Positions 53,746 to 62,604 of a stretch of 64,000 nt of DNA are shown one piece after another. The stretch spans positions 5,484 to 69,483 of the forward strand of contig DVFI01000026.1 in the NCBI GenBank assembly GCA_018713305.1, written 5' to 3'. The stretch is from Candidatus Avichristensenella intestinipullorum. GTDB lineage: Bacteria; Bacillota; Clostridia; Christensenellales; Aristaeellaceae. Below the pieces are notes generated by a model, which did not search any database, was not told the origin of the DNA, and saw nothing but the letters and a program-made list of their open reading frames with translations. Within the stretch, counting starts at the first letter, position 1. Each line of letters starts with the position of its first letter. The position numbers were made by a program, and so were the translations under genes.

Positions 53746-55317
53746 TTACCGCTCGAAGTACGCCGCGTTGAAGTCGCTCGCGTTGGCCGCATAGGGCTCA
53801 TAGCCCTTGAGCGCGGCGTTGGCGAAGAGATACTCCATGGGGCTGGCAAAGAACAGGTTCGGGCTTTCGTCAATGATAATCTGCTGCGCCTCCAGGTAGT
53901 ACGCTTCGCGCTGGGCCTCGTCCGTGGTGCTCACGGCCAGCTGGCACAGCTCATCCACGCGCTCGTTGGAATAGCCCCAGACATTGGCGTTGCCGGTGGT
54001 GGAGAAGAAGAAGCTGACCGCACGGTTCGGGTCGGTGCCGGAGCCGTTCTGGCCGCACATGGAATCAAAGCCGGCCTCGGGCGTATCCATCTTGCCCCAG
54101 ATATCCACATATTCGCCGGACTCGAGGTTGGAGATTTCCACGTCGATATAGATTTCCTTCAGCTGCTGCTGCAGGACCACCGCGGTGTCGCGGATGGAGT
54201 CGAGCAGGCCCGCGGCCATGCTCAGGGACAGGCGGTTGGACTCGCTGTAGCCGGCCTCCTCCATGAGGGCGCGGGCGGCTTCGACGTCATACTGATACAG
54301 CGGGGACTCGTTCACGGCGTCCCACACCCAGTGGCCCATGTTCGGGGCGACGAAGGTGGACACGGCGGCCTCGCCGTTGTACACATAGTCGATAATCATC
54401 TGGCGATCCACCGCCATGCTCATGGCCTGGCGCACGCGCTTGTCCTGGAGCTTTTCGTTGGAGAGGTTGAAGCCCAGGTAGGTATAGTTGTTGGACAGAT
54501 AGGAGATCACCTGGATGTTCTCGTCGCCTTCGACGTCCGCCAGGTTCATCGCGGACAGCGAGCACAGGTCGATGTCGCCGGTGCGCAGGGCCGCCAGGCG
54601 GGCGCTTTCATCGGCGAGCAGGTAGTAGGTAATCCCGTCCAGCACGGGCGCGCCTTCCTCCCAGTACTCCTCGTTCTTGACCAGCGTGATGTGGTTGTCC
54701 ACCACGGACTCGGAGTACTTGAAGGGGCCGGTGCCGCACATGGTGTCAATGGCGGAGAGGCTGCCGTCGTTGGCCTCGACGACCTCGCGGCAGACCACGG
54801 AGCCGTAGGAGGAGGTCAGGTTGGACATGAACGCAGCGTTGGGGGCGCTGAGCACAAACTTGACGGTGTAGGTATCGGTCGCTTCAATGGAGGCAATGCC
54901 GCCATAGTAGCTGGCGCTGGAGCCCAGCGCGCCGATGTCGCCCGCCTCCGTCTGGCCCAGAATGCGCTGGAAGCTGTAAACCACGTCGTCCGCGGTCATC
55001 TCGCGGCCGTTGTGGAACTTGACGCCCTGGCGCAGATGGAAGATATAGGTCACATCGTCGGGGGTCTCCCAGCTCTCCGCCAGGATGCCCTTATAGGTCA
55101 TGTCCGGGTTGAAGGCGATGAGGGACTCGTAGACCTGGCCGAACACACGGGTCGCCGCGATGGCGGAAATGGTGTGCGGGTCAAAGCCGGCCGGCCAGGT
55201 GTCCGTGCCGTAGCGGAGCACCTGTCCGCCTTCGCTCTCGGCCATGGCGCCGAAGCCGAGCGACAGGCACATTCCGAGCGCCAGAAGGACGGCCAGGAAT
55301 TTGCGTGAGCGTTTCAT
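53746..55317 (-). CDS. ABC transporter substrate-binding protein, family 5 (peptide/nickel/opine type)
   Basis: Signal peptide MKRSRKFLAVLLALGMCLSLGFGAMA, YGTDTWPAGFDPH, and FHNGREMTADDVVYSF, a typical SBP_bac_5 signature region. Confidence 0.85.
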   Translation of the reverse strand: MKRSRKFLAVLLALGMCLSLGFGAMAESEGGQVLRYGTDTWPAGFDPHTISAIAATRVFGQVYESLIAFNPDMTYKGILAESWETPDDVTYIFHLRQGVKFHNGREMTADDVVYSFQRILGQTEAGDIGALGSSASYYGGIASIEATDTYTVKFVLSAPNAAFMSNLTSSYGSVVCREVVEANDGSLSAIDTMCGTGPFKYSESVVDNHITLVKNEEYWEEGAPVLDGITYYLLADESARLAALRTGDIDLCSLSAMNLADVEGDENIQVISYLSNNYTYLGFNLSNEKLQDKRVRQAMSMAVDRQMIIDYVYNGEAAVSTFVAPNMGHWVWDAVNESPLYQYDVEAARALMEEAGYSESNRLSLSMAAGLLDSIRDTAVVLQQQLKEIYIDVEISNLESGEYVDIWGKMDTPEAGFDSMCGQNGSGTDPNRAVSFFFSTTGNANVWGYSNERVDELCQLAVSTTDEAQREAYYLEAQQIIIDESPNLFFASPMEYLFANAALKGYEPYAANASDFNAAYFER

Positions 55318-55369
55318 GATACTACCTCTCTTCGTATGAAATTTTGTATTGCACAGGGTCGCCCCCTGC

Positions 55370-56398
55370 TTATACCGTCTCCGGCGGCACGCGCCCCAGC
55401 AGCGCGTAATGCACCGCGCGGCGGAATTCCTGCGTGTTGCCCGGCGTTCCTTCCCGGCGGAAAAACTTGTTGGTCAGCAGCACCGCGCCGATGTTGTGCG
55501 CGCGGCTGAAATACAGGCTGGTTCCGGTAAACCCGGTATGCCCGCACCCGTCCGGGAACACGTTGCTCCTGTCAAAGCCCAGCCCGCGGCCGTATACGTT
55601 GGTGTCCATGGCGCGCAGGAAGGCGGGCTTGTCCGTGCGCATGTAATACTGGCACAGCCGCGTCAGGGCGCGGGAAGTGGCGAACACGCCCGCCAGCCCG
55701 CTGACGCCCTTCCAATAATAGTAGGTATTGCCGTCGTTGCACGTCCCGCAGACCGGCACGCCGTCCTCCCGCCAGCCGTCGAAGGACAGGCCGCGCTCCG
55801 CGCACATGCGCTTTTCGATTTGATTTCCGTAACAGCTGGGCGCGCACAGCGAGGCGTCGACAGGACCGTAGGCAATTTCGTCCACGCCCATGCCCGCGCG
55901 CAGATAGGTTTGCAGCCCTTCGCGCAGCGAAAGGCCCGAAATGCGGGAAAACAAAAGGCCCAGGAGCATGAAGTTGATGTCGCTGTAGGCCATGCCCTGC
56001 TCGACGGGCGTGGTGGACAGCACGCGCTCCAGCACGGTGAAAAAGTCCCGGCCGTCCGTATAGAACGGGAACCAGGGCACAATGCCCGAGGTATGCGTCA
56101 TCAGGCGTTCGACCGTCGTCTCTGCCAGGCGCCGCCGCGTGACCTCGCCCGCCTCCGGAAAATACGGCAGCACCGGGCTCTCGGGGGAAAGCCGCCCCTC
56201 GTCCATGAGGCAAAGCAGCATGGTTGTGCAGATGATTTTGCTGACCGAGGCCAGGTCGAACCATGTGTCCGGCGATACGTCGCCCACCGCGCGATGGTAC
56301 AGGGTTTTCTCGCGGTCAAACACCTGGCAGACGGCGGAGGGATAATATCCGCGCTGGCGGTAGGTTTCCAGAAGGCTATCCATTTCGGCAAAATCCAT
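55370..56398 (-). CDS. cytoplasmic beta-lactamase-fold serine hydrolase (AmiE/AmpH-like)
   Basis: SxxK motif LASVSKIICTTML, a YSDIN (YxN-like) motif, and an HTGFTG (KTG-like) box. No signal peptide (MDFAEMDSLLETYRQRGYYP). ATG 56398 lies behind GAGGTGG. Confidence 0.75.
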   Translation of the reverse strand: MDFAEMDSLLETYRQRGYYPSAVCQVFDREKTLYHRAVGDVSPDTWFDLASVSKIICTTMLLCLMDEGRLSPESPVLPYFPEAGEVTRRRLAETTVERLMTHTSGIVPWFPFYTDGRDFFTVLERVLSTTPVEQGMAYSDINFMLLGLLFSRISGLSLREGLQTYLRAGMGVDEIAYGPVDASLCAPSCYGNQIEKRMCAERGLSFDGWREDGVPVCGTCNDGNTYYYWKGVSGLAGVFATSRALTRLCQYYMRTDKPAFLRAMDTNVYGRGLGFDRSNVFPDGCGHTGFTGTSLYFSRAHNIGAVLLTNKFFRREGTPGNTQEFRRAVHYALLGRVPPETV

Positions 56399-56482
56399 AC
56401 GTTCCACCTCGATGCACATCCCTGTTTTCATTGTAGCACACGCGAAACACAGTTTCAAGATATTTGGCCTGTCTGTGAAATT

Positions 56483-57334
56483 CTATTTTCCCTGCAGCCC
56501 CCGGATGAGCTCGCGCGTGCTCAGCAGGCATTCCTCGGCGCGCTCCGGATGGCAGCGGGCGTAGCCCAGGTACAGCAGGTCCAGAATCAGCTGTCCGGAC
56601 ACGCGCGAGGTCATCGCGCCCACGCGCAGCTCGCTTTCCTCGCTGGGCACATAGAGCGGGAAATCCGCCAGCCTGGACAGCGCATTGCGGTTTGCCTGCG
56701 TAATGGCAATCACCTTCGCGCCATGGTCGCGCGCGGCCTGGGCCGCCAGCACGGTTTCGCGCGTGCGCCCCGAATAGCTGATGGCAATCGCCACATCCTG
56801 CGGCCCCAGCAGCGACGCGGTGGCCAGGTTCGTATGGGCGTCGGCGTGGTAGAAAACCGGCATGCCCACGCGCGAGCCTTTATACAGGAAGTCCATCGCC
56901 AGCAGGCCGGACGCGCCCACGCCATACAGGCGCACGCTCCGGCCCTCCCCCAGCGCCCCGACGGCGCCGGAAAGGACGTCGGCGTTGACCATCCGATAGG
57001 TCAGGGCAATGTTGCGCTGGTGAATGCTTTCCGCTTTTTGAATAATGGTGGACAAATCGTCGCTTTCCCGAATGGCGCTTTGAAAAGCATCCGGCGCGGG
57101 CAGCGCGGATTCGCGCGCCAGGTCCAGCTTCAGCGCGGTAAACCCCTGGAAGCCCAGGCGCTTGGAAAACCGCACCACCGCCGCCGGCGAGGAGCCGCAG
57201 GCCTGCGCGAACTGCTTGGCGTTCATGTGCATCACGCTCTGGGGGTTCGCCAGGACATATTCGGCCAGACGCCGCTCGGTATCGGACAGGCTGGCCAGAC
57301 AGGCGTTAATGAACAGCGTACAGCTCACGGACAC
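56483..57334 (-). CDS. murR: MurR/RpiR-family transcriptional regulator (HTH_6 plus SIS)
   Basis: LSDTERRLAEYVLANP...NAKQFAQACGSSPAAVVRFSKRLGFQGF forms the HTH, followed by a SIS domain (VRLYGVGASG, ISYSGRTRE). GTG start at 57334 or 57328. Confidence 0.8.
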   Translation of the reverse strand: MSVSCTLFINACLASLSDTERRLAEYVLANPQSVMHMNAKQFAQACGSSPAAVVRFSKRLGFQGFTALKLDLARESALPAPDAFQSAIRESDDLSTIIQKAESIHQRNIALTYRMVNADVLSGAVGALGEGRSVRLYGVGASGLLAMDFLYKGSRVGMPVFYHADAHTNLATASLLGPQDVAIAISYSGRTRETVLAAQAARDHGAKVIAITQANRNALSRLADFPLYVPSEESELRVGAMTSRVSGQLILDLLYLGYARCHPERAEECLLSTRELIRGLQGK

Positions 57335-57383
57335 GCCCCCTTTGTTTCATCATAGCAAACCTCCGGGGAAAAGTCCAGCCTTG

Positions 57384-57400
57384 ATGAAACACTATTTCAT
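57384..57400. promoter_or_regulatory. perfect palindrome ATGAAA-cacta-TTTCAT in the murR/murQ divergent region (candidate MurR operator)
   Basis: A 6-5-6 inverted repeat read directly, centred between the divergent starts. A second AT-rich near-palindrome GAAAATATTTC lies at 57405-57415. Confidence 0.4.
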
Positions 57401-57428
57401 ATACGGAAAATATTTCTCTGAAATGGAA

Positions 57429-57457
57429 TTGACAGACGGAAGGGAATGCGATACGCT
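57429..57457 (+). promoter_or_regulatory. candidate murQ promoter
   Basis: TTGACA, 17 nt, then TACGCT (weak -10), about 40 nt before ATG 57501. Confidence 0.3.
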
Positions 57458-57500
57458 TTGCATGGCGGCAATAAGCATGGGACGGGAGCTGAGGCGCAGG

Positions 57501-58421
57501 ATGGATACGTATCTGGCAGGGCTGTCCACGGAAAGCGTAAGCGAGGCCACGCGCGATATCGATTTGTGTACCACCGGGGAAATGGTCGCGCTGATGAACC
57601 GGCAGGACGCGCAGGTCGCGCAGGCCGTGGGCGCGCAAAGCGCGCGCATCGCGCAGGCCATCGACCTCATCTACGCCTGCCTCCGGCGCGGCGGACGGCT
57701 GATTTATCTGGGCGCGGGCACCTCCGGCCGCCTGGGCGTGCTGGACGCTTCCGAATGCCCGCCCACCTTCGGCGTCGAGCCGGAAAAGGTGCAGGGGTAT
57801 ATCGCCGGGGGCGACCGGGCGCTGCGCCAGGCCGTGGAGGGCTGCGAGGACGATGAAGCCGAGGGCGAGGCGCTGGTGGACGGCCTGGCCGTCGGCCCGG
57901 ACGACGCGGTCGTCGGCATCACCGCCAGCGGCAGCGCGCCGTATGTGCTGGCGGCGCTGCGCCGGGCCAGGGCGCGCGGAAGCGTTACCATCGGCCTGTG
58001 CACCAACGCGCATTCGCTTCTGGAGTCCCTGTGCGACGTGACCATCGCGCCGGAGGTCGGCCCGGAGGTCATCTCCGGTTCGACGCGGCTGAAATCCGGC
58101 ACGGCGCAGAAAATGGTGCTGAACATGCTGAGCACCTGTACCATGGTCAAGCTCGGCAAGGTATACGGCAACCTCATGGTGGACTTGCGCGCCAGCAACA
58201 AAAAGCTCATCGACCGCGCGCGCAGGCTTGTCGTCTATGCGACCGGCGCGTCCGATGCCGAAGCCGCGCAGGCGCTGGAAGCCGCGCGGGGGCATGCCAA
58301 GCTGGCCATTTTGATGATTACAAGCGGCTGGGACGCCGCGCGGGCCGAGCGCCTGCTGAACCGGTGCGAAGGTCGTCTGCGCGACGCCATCCGGGCCGCA
58401 AAGGAGGAAACGCATGTTTGA
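57501..58421 (+). CDS. murQ: N-acetylmuramic acid 6-phosphate etherase
   Basis: LSTESVSEATRDIDLCTTGEMVALMN, GAGTSGRLGVLDASECPPTFG, ITASGSAPYV, SGSTRLKSGTAQKMVLNMLST, and SIS-domain MurQ signatures. Confidence 0.9.
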   Translation: MDTYLAGLSTESVSEATRDIDLCTTGEMVALMNRQDAQVAQAVGAQSARIAQAIDLIYACLRRGGRLIYLGAGTSGRLGVLDASECPPTFGVEPEKVQGYIAGGDRALRQAVEGCEDDEAEGEALVDGLAVGPDDAVVGITASGSAPYVLAALRRARARGSVTIGLCTNAHSLLESLCDVTIAPEVGPEVISGSTRLKSGTAQKMVLNMLSTCTMVKLGKVYGNLMVDLRASNKKLIDRARRLVVYATGASDAEAAQALEAARGHAKLAILMITSGWDAARAERLLNRCEGRLRDAIRAAKEETHV

Positions 58422-59616
58422 GTCGCTGCAACAAAAGCCCGTCTGCCGCGTGGTGGGCATGATGTCCGGCACCTCCGTGGACGGCGTGGACGCGGCGGTC
58501 GTGGAAATCGGCCGCAAGGACGGCGCGCCCTGCGTCAAGCTGCTCGCCTTTGAAAACAAGCCCTACCCCGAGGCCATGCGCAGGCAGATTTTCGCCCTGT
58601 TCCGGCCGGAAAGCTCCACCGTGGACAAAATCGGCTACATGAACTTTCTCCTGGGCGAACACTACAGCCGCGCGGCGCTGTCCGCGATAGAAAAAGCCGG
58701 CCTGAAGCCGGAGGATATCGACCTGATAGGCTCCCACGGCCAGACCATCTGGCACGAGCCCGCCCTGCAGCAGCAGGATGGGCTGCCGCCCCTTCGCTAT
58801 ACCGTGCAAATCGGCGAAGGCTCCGTCATCGCCTCGCGCACGGGCATTCCGACCGTCTCCGATTTCCGCGTGGGGGACATGGCGGTGGGCGGCCAGGGCG
58901 CGCCGCTGGTGCCGTTTTCGGAATACCTGCTCTACCGGCGCGCGGATGCGTCCCTTCTCCTGCAGAATATCGGCGGCATCGGCAACATGACCGTGCTGCC
59001 GGCCGGCGCGGCCGCCGAGGACGTGTTCGCCTTTGACACCGGCCCCGGCAACATGATTATCGACGCGGTGGTCTCGGCCGTCACGGGCGGGGAAAAGACG
59101 TTTGACGAGGGCGGCGCGATGGCCGCGCAGGGACAGGTCAACCCCGAACTGCTGGCCTGGCTGTCCCGGGACGCCTACTACGCGCAGCAGCCGCCCAAGA
59201 CGACCGGGCGCGAGCGCTTCGGCACCCAGTATGTCGAGGGCATTCTCGCCTGGCGTCGGGAACATCCGATGTCGGACGCGGACCTGGTGGCCACGGTGAC
59301 GGATTTGACCGCGTGGTCCATCGCCGACGCCTATGAGCGCTTCGTCCTGCCGGTCTGCACGGCCGGCGAGCTGATTGTGGGCGGCGGCGGCGGATATAAC
59401 CGGACGCTGCTTGCCCTGCTGCAGCGCCGGCTTTCGCCGCACGGCATCCGGGTGCGCACGCAGGAGGATTTGGGCTTCAGCAGCGACGCCAAGGAAGCGA
59501 TTGCCTTTGCGCTGATGGCCCTGTGCTGCGCGCGCGGCGAGGTCAATACGCTGCCCGGCGTGACGGGCGCCGAGCGCGCCTGCGTGATGGGCAAAATCTC
59601 CCTGCCCCCGCGGTAA
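58414..59616 (+). CDS. anmK: anhydro-N-acetylmuramic acid kinase
   Basis: GMMSGTSVDGVD, GSHGQTIWH, NIGGIGN, FDTGPGNMIID, GGGGYN. AAAGGAGG RBS; overlaps the murQ stop by 8 nt. Confidence 0.9.
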   Translation: MFESLQQKPVCRVVGMMSGTSVDGVDAAVVEIGRKDGAPCVKLLAFENKPYPEAMRRQIFALFRPESSTVDKIGYMNFLLGEHYSRAALSAIEKAGLKPEDIDLIGSHGQTIWHEPALQQQDGLPPLRYTVQIGEGSVIASRTGIPTVSDFRVGDMAVGGQGAPLVPFSEYLLYRRADASLLLQNIGGIGNMTVLPAGAAAEDVFAFDTGPGNMIIDAVVSAVTGGEKTFDEGGAMAAQGQVNPELLAWLSRDAYYAQQPPKTTGRERFGTQYVEGILAWRREHPMSDADLVATVTDLTAWSIADAYERFVLPVCTAGELIVGGGGGYNRTLLALLQRRLSPHGIRVRTQEDLGFSSDAKEAIAFALMALCCARGEVNTLPGVTGAERACVMGKISLPPR

Positions 59617-59733
59617 CGCGACGGGCCGGCGCGCCTTCGGCTTGGCCGGGCGGCTTCGTTCATCCGCGCGCGTTGCCCGCACAAACACACGCATGGTTGT
59701 CCGGCCGCGCGCCGTAAGAACGCATGGCTTATC

Positions 59734-59779
59734 ACAACATCGGCTGCCCGTGACGAACTGGGCAGCCGATGTTGTTTTG
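59734..59779 (+). terminator. intrinsic terminator after anmK
   Basis: ACAACATCGGCTGCCC-gtgacgaact-GGGCAGCCGATGTTGT followed by TTTGC. Confidence 0.7.
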
Positions 59780-59789
59780 CCCGCGCGCG

Positions 59790-60467
59790 TCAGCCGACCG
59801 TCTCCAGCCCGCAGACGATGAGCCGCTGCCCTTCCACGCGAAACTTGACGTCCAGCCCCGCAAACGGCACGCCGTACACGCGCCGCGCGTCCTCCTGCAG
59901 ATAGCCCGGCCTCGGGTCCTGCGCCAGCACGGACAGCAGCGCCTCCCGCTTGTCCGCCGGCACCTGCGCCAGCAGCGCCGGTGGGAAGACCACCTCCAGC
60001 GCATGCGCCCGCGTCGTTTTCGTATAGCCTTCCGTCGCGTCCGCAATGCAGTCCGTCAGGGGCACATACGGCTTGATGTCGTACACCGGCGTGCCGTCGA
60101 GCATGTCCACGCCCGCCACGTACAGCACAGGCCCGTCCTGCGGTTCCAGGGCTACCCGCTCCAGGCGCACCGCCGACAGCCCGATGGGATTGGGCCGAAA
60201 CGGCGAACGGCTGGCAAACACGCCGACCCGCTCGTTTCCGCCCAGGCGGGGCGGCCGCACCGTCGCGTGCCAGCCCTCCCGGCGGGCCCGGGAAAACTCC
60301 CACAGCAGCCAGATATGCGAAAACTCCTCCAGCCGGCGCACGGCCTCCGGGCTGCGAAACGCCGGCTCAAACACGACCTTTCCCCGCAGCGCGGCCGCCA
60401 GCCCGCTCTGGCGCGGAACGCCGAACTTATCCGAAAAATCCGTACGGATACGCGCGATGATGTGCAT
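59790..60467 (-). CDS. trmO: tRNA (N6-threonylcarbamoyladenosine(37)-N6)-methyltransferase TrmO (TsaA/YaeB family)
   Basis: IRTDFSDKFGVPRQSGL, FSHIWLLWEF, RPPRLGGNERVGVFASRSPFRPNPIGLS, DGTPVYDIKPY. Confidence 0.85.
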   Translation of the reverse strand: MHIIARIRTDFSDKFGVPRQSGLAAALRGKVVFEPAFRSPEAVRRLEEFSHIWLLWEFSRARREGWHATVRPPRLGGNERVGVFASRSPFRPNPIGLSAVRLERVALEPQDGPVLYVAGVDMLDGTPVYDIKPYVPLTDCIADATEGYTKTTRAHALEVVFPPALLAQVPADKREALLSVLAQDPRPGYLQEDARRVYGVPFAGLDVKFRVEGQRLIVCGLETVG

Positions 60468-60513
60468 GTCGTTCTCCTCCGCCCGGTCCCGGGCGTTCCG
60501 CCTCCGCCCCGTA

Positions 60514-61311
60514 TCAGCCCCGCGCCGCCGCGTCTGCGCCCGGGCGCGCAGGCCGTTCCATCAGCCCGTACATCATAATGCCCGCAGCGACGGCCGCGTT
60601 GAGCGACTCGGCCCGTCCGCGCATCGGCAGGGCCACGCGCAGCGTCGCCAGCGCCCGCACGGCGTCGCACACGCCCCTGCCCTCGCTGCCGACCACCAGC
60701 ACAAGCGGGCCGTCCAGCGCCCGGACCGCGGGATAGAACGGCTCGCCGCCCAGCTCGCCGACAATCACCGCATAGCCCTTCTCCCGAAGCGTTTCCAGCG
60801 CCGCCGCCAGCGACCCGCGCCGGATCGGCAGCCGGTATATGCTGCCCATGGTGGCCCGCACGGTCTTGGGCGCAAACGCGTCCGCGCACGACTCCGACAG
60901 CAGCGCGCCGCCGAAGCCCGCGGCCTCCGCGGTGCGCAGCATCGTGCCCACGTTGCCCGGGTCTTGCACGCCGTCCAGCGCCAGCAGCGCCGCCGGCGGC
61001 TCCGCCAGCGCCAGCGGCGCCGGCATGCGCACCGACGCCACGATGCCCTGCGGGGTCTGCGTCTGGCAGGCCGACGCCACAATGTGCGCCGGCGCCAGCA
61101 GCACGTCCCCGCAGGCCGCCAGCAGCGTCGAAAACTCCCCGGCGCGCGCCTCGTCGCACAGAACCGTCTCCACCTGCGCGTCCCGCAGGGCTTCGGCGCA
61201 CAGCTTGACCCCTTCGGCCAGGAACAGCCCGCGCTGCGCGCGCGCCTTCGCCTGTCCCAGCTCGCGAAGGGCCCGCACGGCCGGATTTTGCGTTGAGGTA
61301 ACGATTTTCAT
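60514..61311 (-). CDS. TrmH/SpoU-family RNA 2'-O-methyltransferase (YsgA/RlmB-like)
   Basis: LFLAEGVKLCAEAL, LDGVQDPGNVGTMLRTAEAAG, LVVGSEGRGV, ESLNAAVAAGIMMY. ATG 61311. Confidence 0.85.
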   Translation of the reverse strand: MKIVTSTQNPAVRALRELGQAKARAQRGLFLAEGVKLCAEALRDAQVETVLCDEARAGEFSTLLAACGDVLLAPAHIVASACQTQTPQGIVASVRMPAPLALAEPPAALLALDGVQDPGNVGTMLRTAEAAGFGGALLSESCADAFAPKTVRATMGSIYRLPIRRGSLAAALETLREKGYAVIVGELGGEPFYPAVRALDGPLVLVVGSEGRGVCDAVRALATLRVALPMRGRAESLNAAVAAGIMMYGLMERPARPGADAAARG

Positions 61312-61422
61312 GCGGTTCCCCCCGTCCTGTCTTCCTCGGCGACGCCTGCCTGCGGCCGCGCTTTCTGCCGGGAATCCGCCGCCTGCCGGCGCGCCCCGAC
61401 GGCGCGTTTTCTGCCGAACAGA

Positions 61423-61449
61423 GAAAAAAGCCCGCGAACGAGCTTTTTT
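61423..61449 (-). terminator. terminator after rplT (A-tract/T-tract flanked, potentially bidirectional)
   Basis: On the minus strand, AAAAAAGCUCG-UUCG-CGGGCUUUUUU. Confidence 0.6.
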
Positions 61450-61465
61450 CATGCGCTTTGTTGGG

Positions 61466-61816
61466 TTATGCGTTCTTGGCCACTTCGACCAGCTGGGCGA
61501 AGCCGTTCGCATCGTTGACCGCCATATCGGCGAGCATCTTGCGGTTGACGTTCACGCCCGCCTTCTTCAGGCCGTTGATGAACGTGGAGTAGCTCAGGCC
61601 GCTCATGCGGGCGGCGGCGTTGATGCGGGTAATCCACAGGCGGCGGAAATCGCGCTTGCGCAGACGGCGTCCGATGTACGCATAGCGCAAAGAGCGCATG
61701 ACCTGTTCGTTGGCGGCGCGATACTGCTTGCTCTTGGCGCCCCAATATCCCTTGGCCAGCTTCAATACCTTGCGGCGCTTTTTATGGGCGTTGACAGCCC
61801 TCTTAATCCTTGCCAT
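61466..61816 (-). CDS. rplT: 50S ribosomal protein L20
   Basis: [30 protein letters not shown]...[16 protein letters not shown]. Confidence 0.95.
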   Translation of the reverse strand: MARIKRAVNAHKKRRKVLKLAKGYWGAKSKQYRAANEQVMRSLRYAYIGRRLRKRDFRRLWITRINAAARMSGLSYSTFINGLKKAGVNVNRKMLADMAVNDANGFAQLVEVAKNA

Positions 61817-61846
61817 CGTCTATCCTTCCTTTCGCGGCAAACGGCC

Positions 61847-62053
61847 TTATTTATAGGGAATCAGCTGCTTAATCTTCCTGGCTTCGGTGCTGTCCACCAG
61901 GCCGCCCTTGCGCAGGTTGCGCTTTTGCTTGGGCGAACGCGCCTGCGTAGAGGCGACGCAGTGGTTCCGGAAGGCCTTGGCGCGCTTAATCTTGCCGCTC
62001 TTGGTCAGCGAGAAGCGCTTGGCCGCGCCGCGATGAGTTTTCTGTTTGGGCAT
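61847..62053 (-). CDS. rpmI: 50S ribosomal protein L35
   Basis: MPKQKTHRGAAKRFSLTKSGKIKR. ATG 62053 has correct spacing from GAAGGAGG; the ATG at 62059 abuts the RBS. Confidence 0.95.
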   Translation of the reverse strand: MPKQKTHRGAAKRFSLTKSGKIKRAKAFRNHCVASTQARSPKQKRNLRKGGLVDSTEARKIKQLIPYK

Positions 62054-62073
62054 GTTCATCCTCCTTCAAACGG

Positions 62074-62598
62074 TTATTTCCCGTCCTTGTTCTCTTTCGG
62101 CGCCAGAATCATAATCATATGGCGGCCCTCCACGAGCGGCTTGCGCTCCACGACAGCCAGGCTCTCCACGCGCTTGAGGAAGTCCTGCATGACCTGGAAG
62201 CCGATTTCCGTGTGGGTAATCTGGCGACCCCGGAAGCGTATTGACACCTTGACCTTGTTGCCCTCTTCCAGGAAGCGAATTGCGTTCTTGGCCTTGACGA
62301 GGATGTCGTTTTCCTCGATGGTGGCGGAGAGCTGCACTTCCTTGAGGACGATGACCTTTTGATTCTTGCGGATTTCGCGCTGCTTTTTCGCCTGTTCATA
62401 GCGGTACTTGTCATAGTCCATCAGCTTGCAGACAGGCGGGCGGGCGTTGGCGACCATCTTGACCAGGTCCAGCTGGTGCTGTTCGGCCAGCTCCAGCGCG
62501 GCCCGGATAGGCATAATGCCGAGCTGTTCGCCGTCCGTGCTTACCACACGCACCTCGCGGTCGCGAATTTCCTCATTGATCATCAGATCGTCTTTGAT
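62074..62598 (-). CDS. infC: translation initiation factor IF-3, probably with a non-AUG (AUC) start
   Basis: (I)KDDLMINEEIRDREVRVV...PPVCKLMDYDKYRYE...RFRGRQ. AAGGAGG is 8 nt upstream of ATC 62598, but about 24 nt from the first ATG (62583). Confidence 0.9.
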   Translation of the reverse strand: MKDDLMINEEIRDREVRVVSTDGEQLGIMPIRAALELAEQHQLDLVKMVANARPPVCKLMDYDKYRYEQAKKQREIRKNQKVIVLKEVQLSATIEENDILVKAKNAIRFLEEGNKVKVSIRFRGRQITHTEIGFQVMQDFLKRVESLAVVERKPLVEGRHMIMILAPKENKDGK

Positions 62599-62604
62599 AC
62601 CGAT

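Noticed and set aside
55349-57355. 668-aa + strand ORF
   Set aside because: Antisense to the AmiE-like hydrolase and murR genes.
58318-60303. 661-aa minus-strand ORF
   Set aside because: Antisense to anmK, and out of frame over trmO. Gly/Ala/Arg-rich junk.
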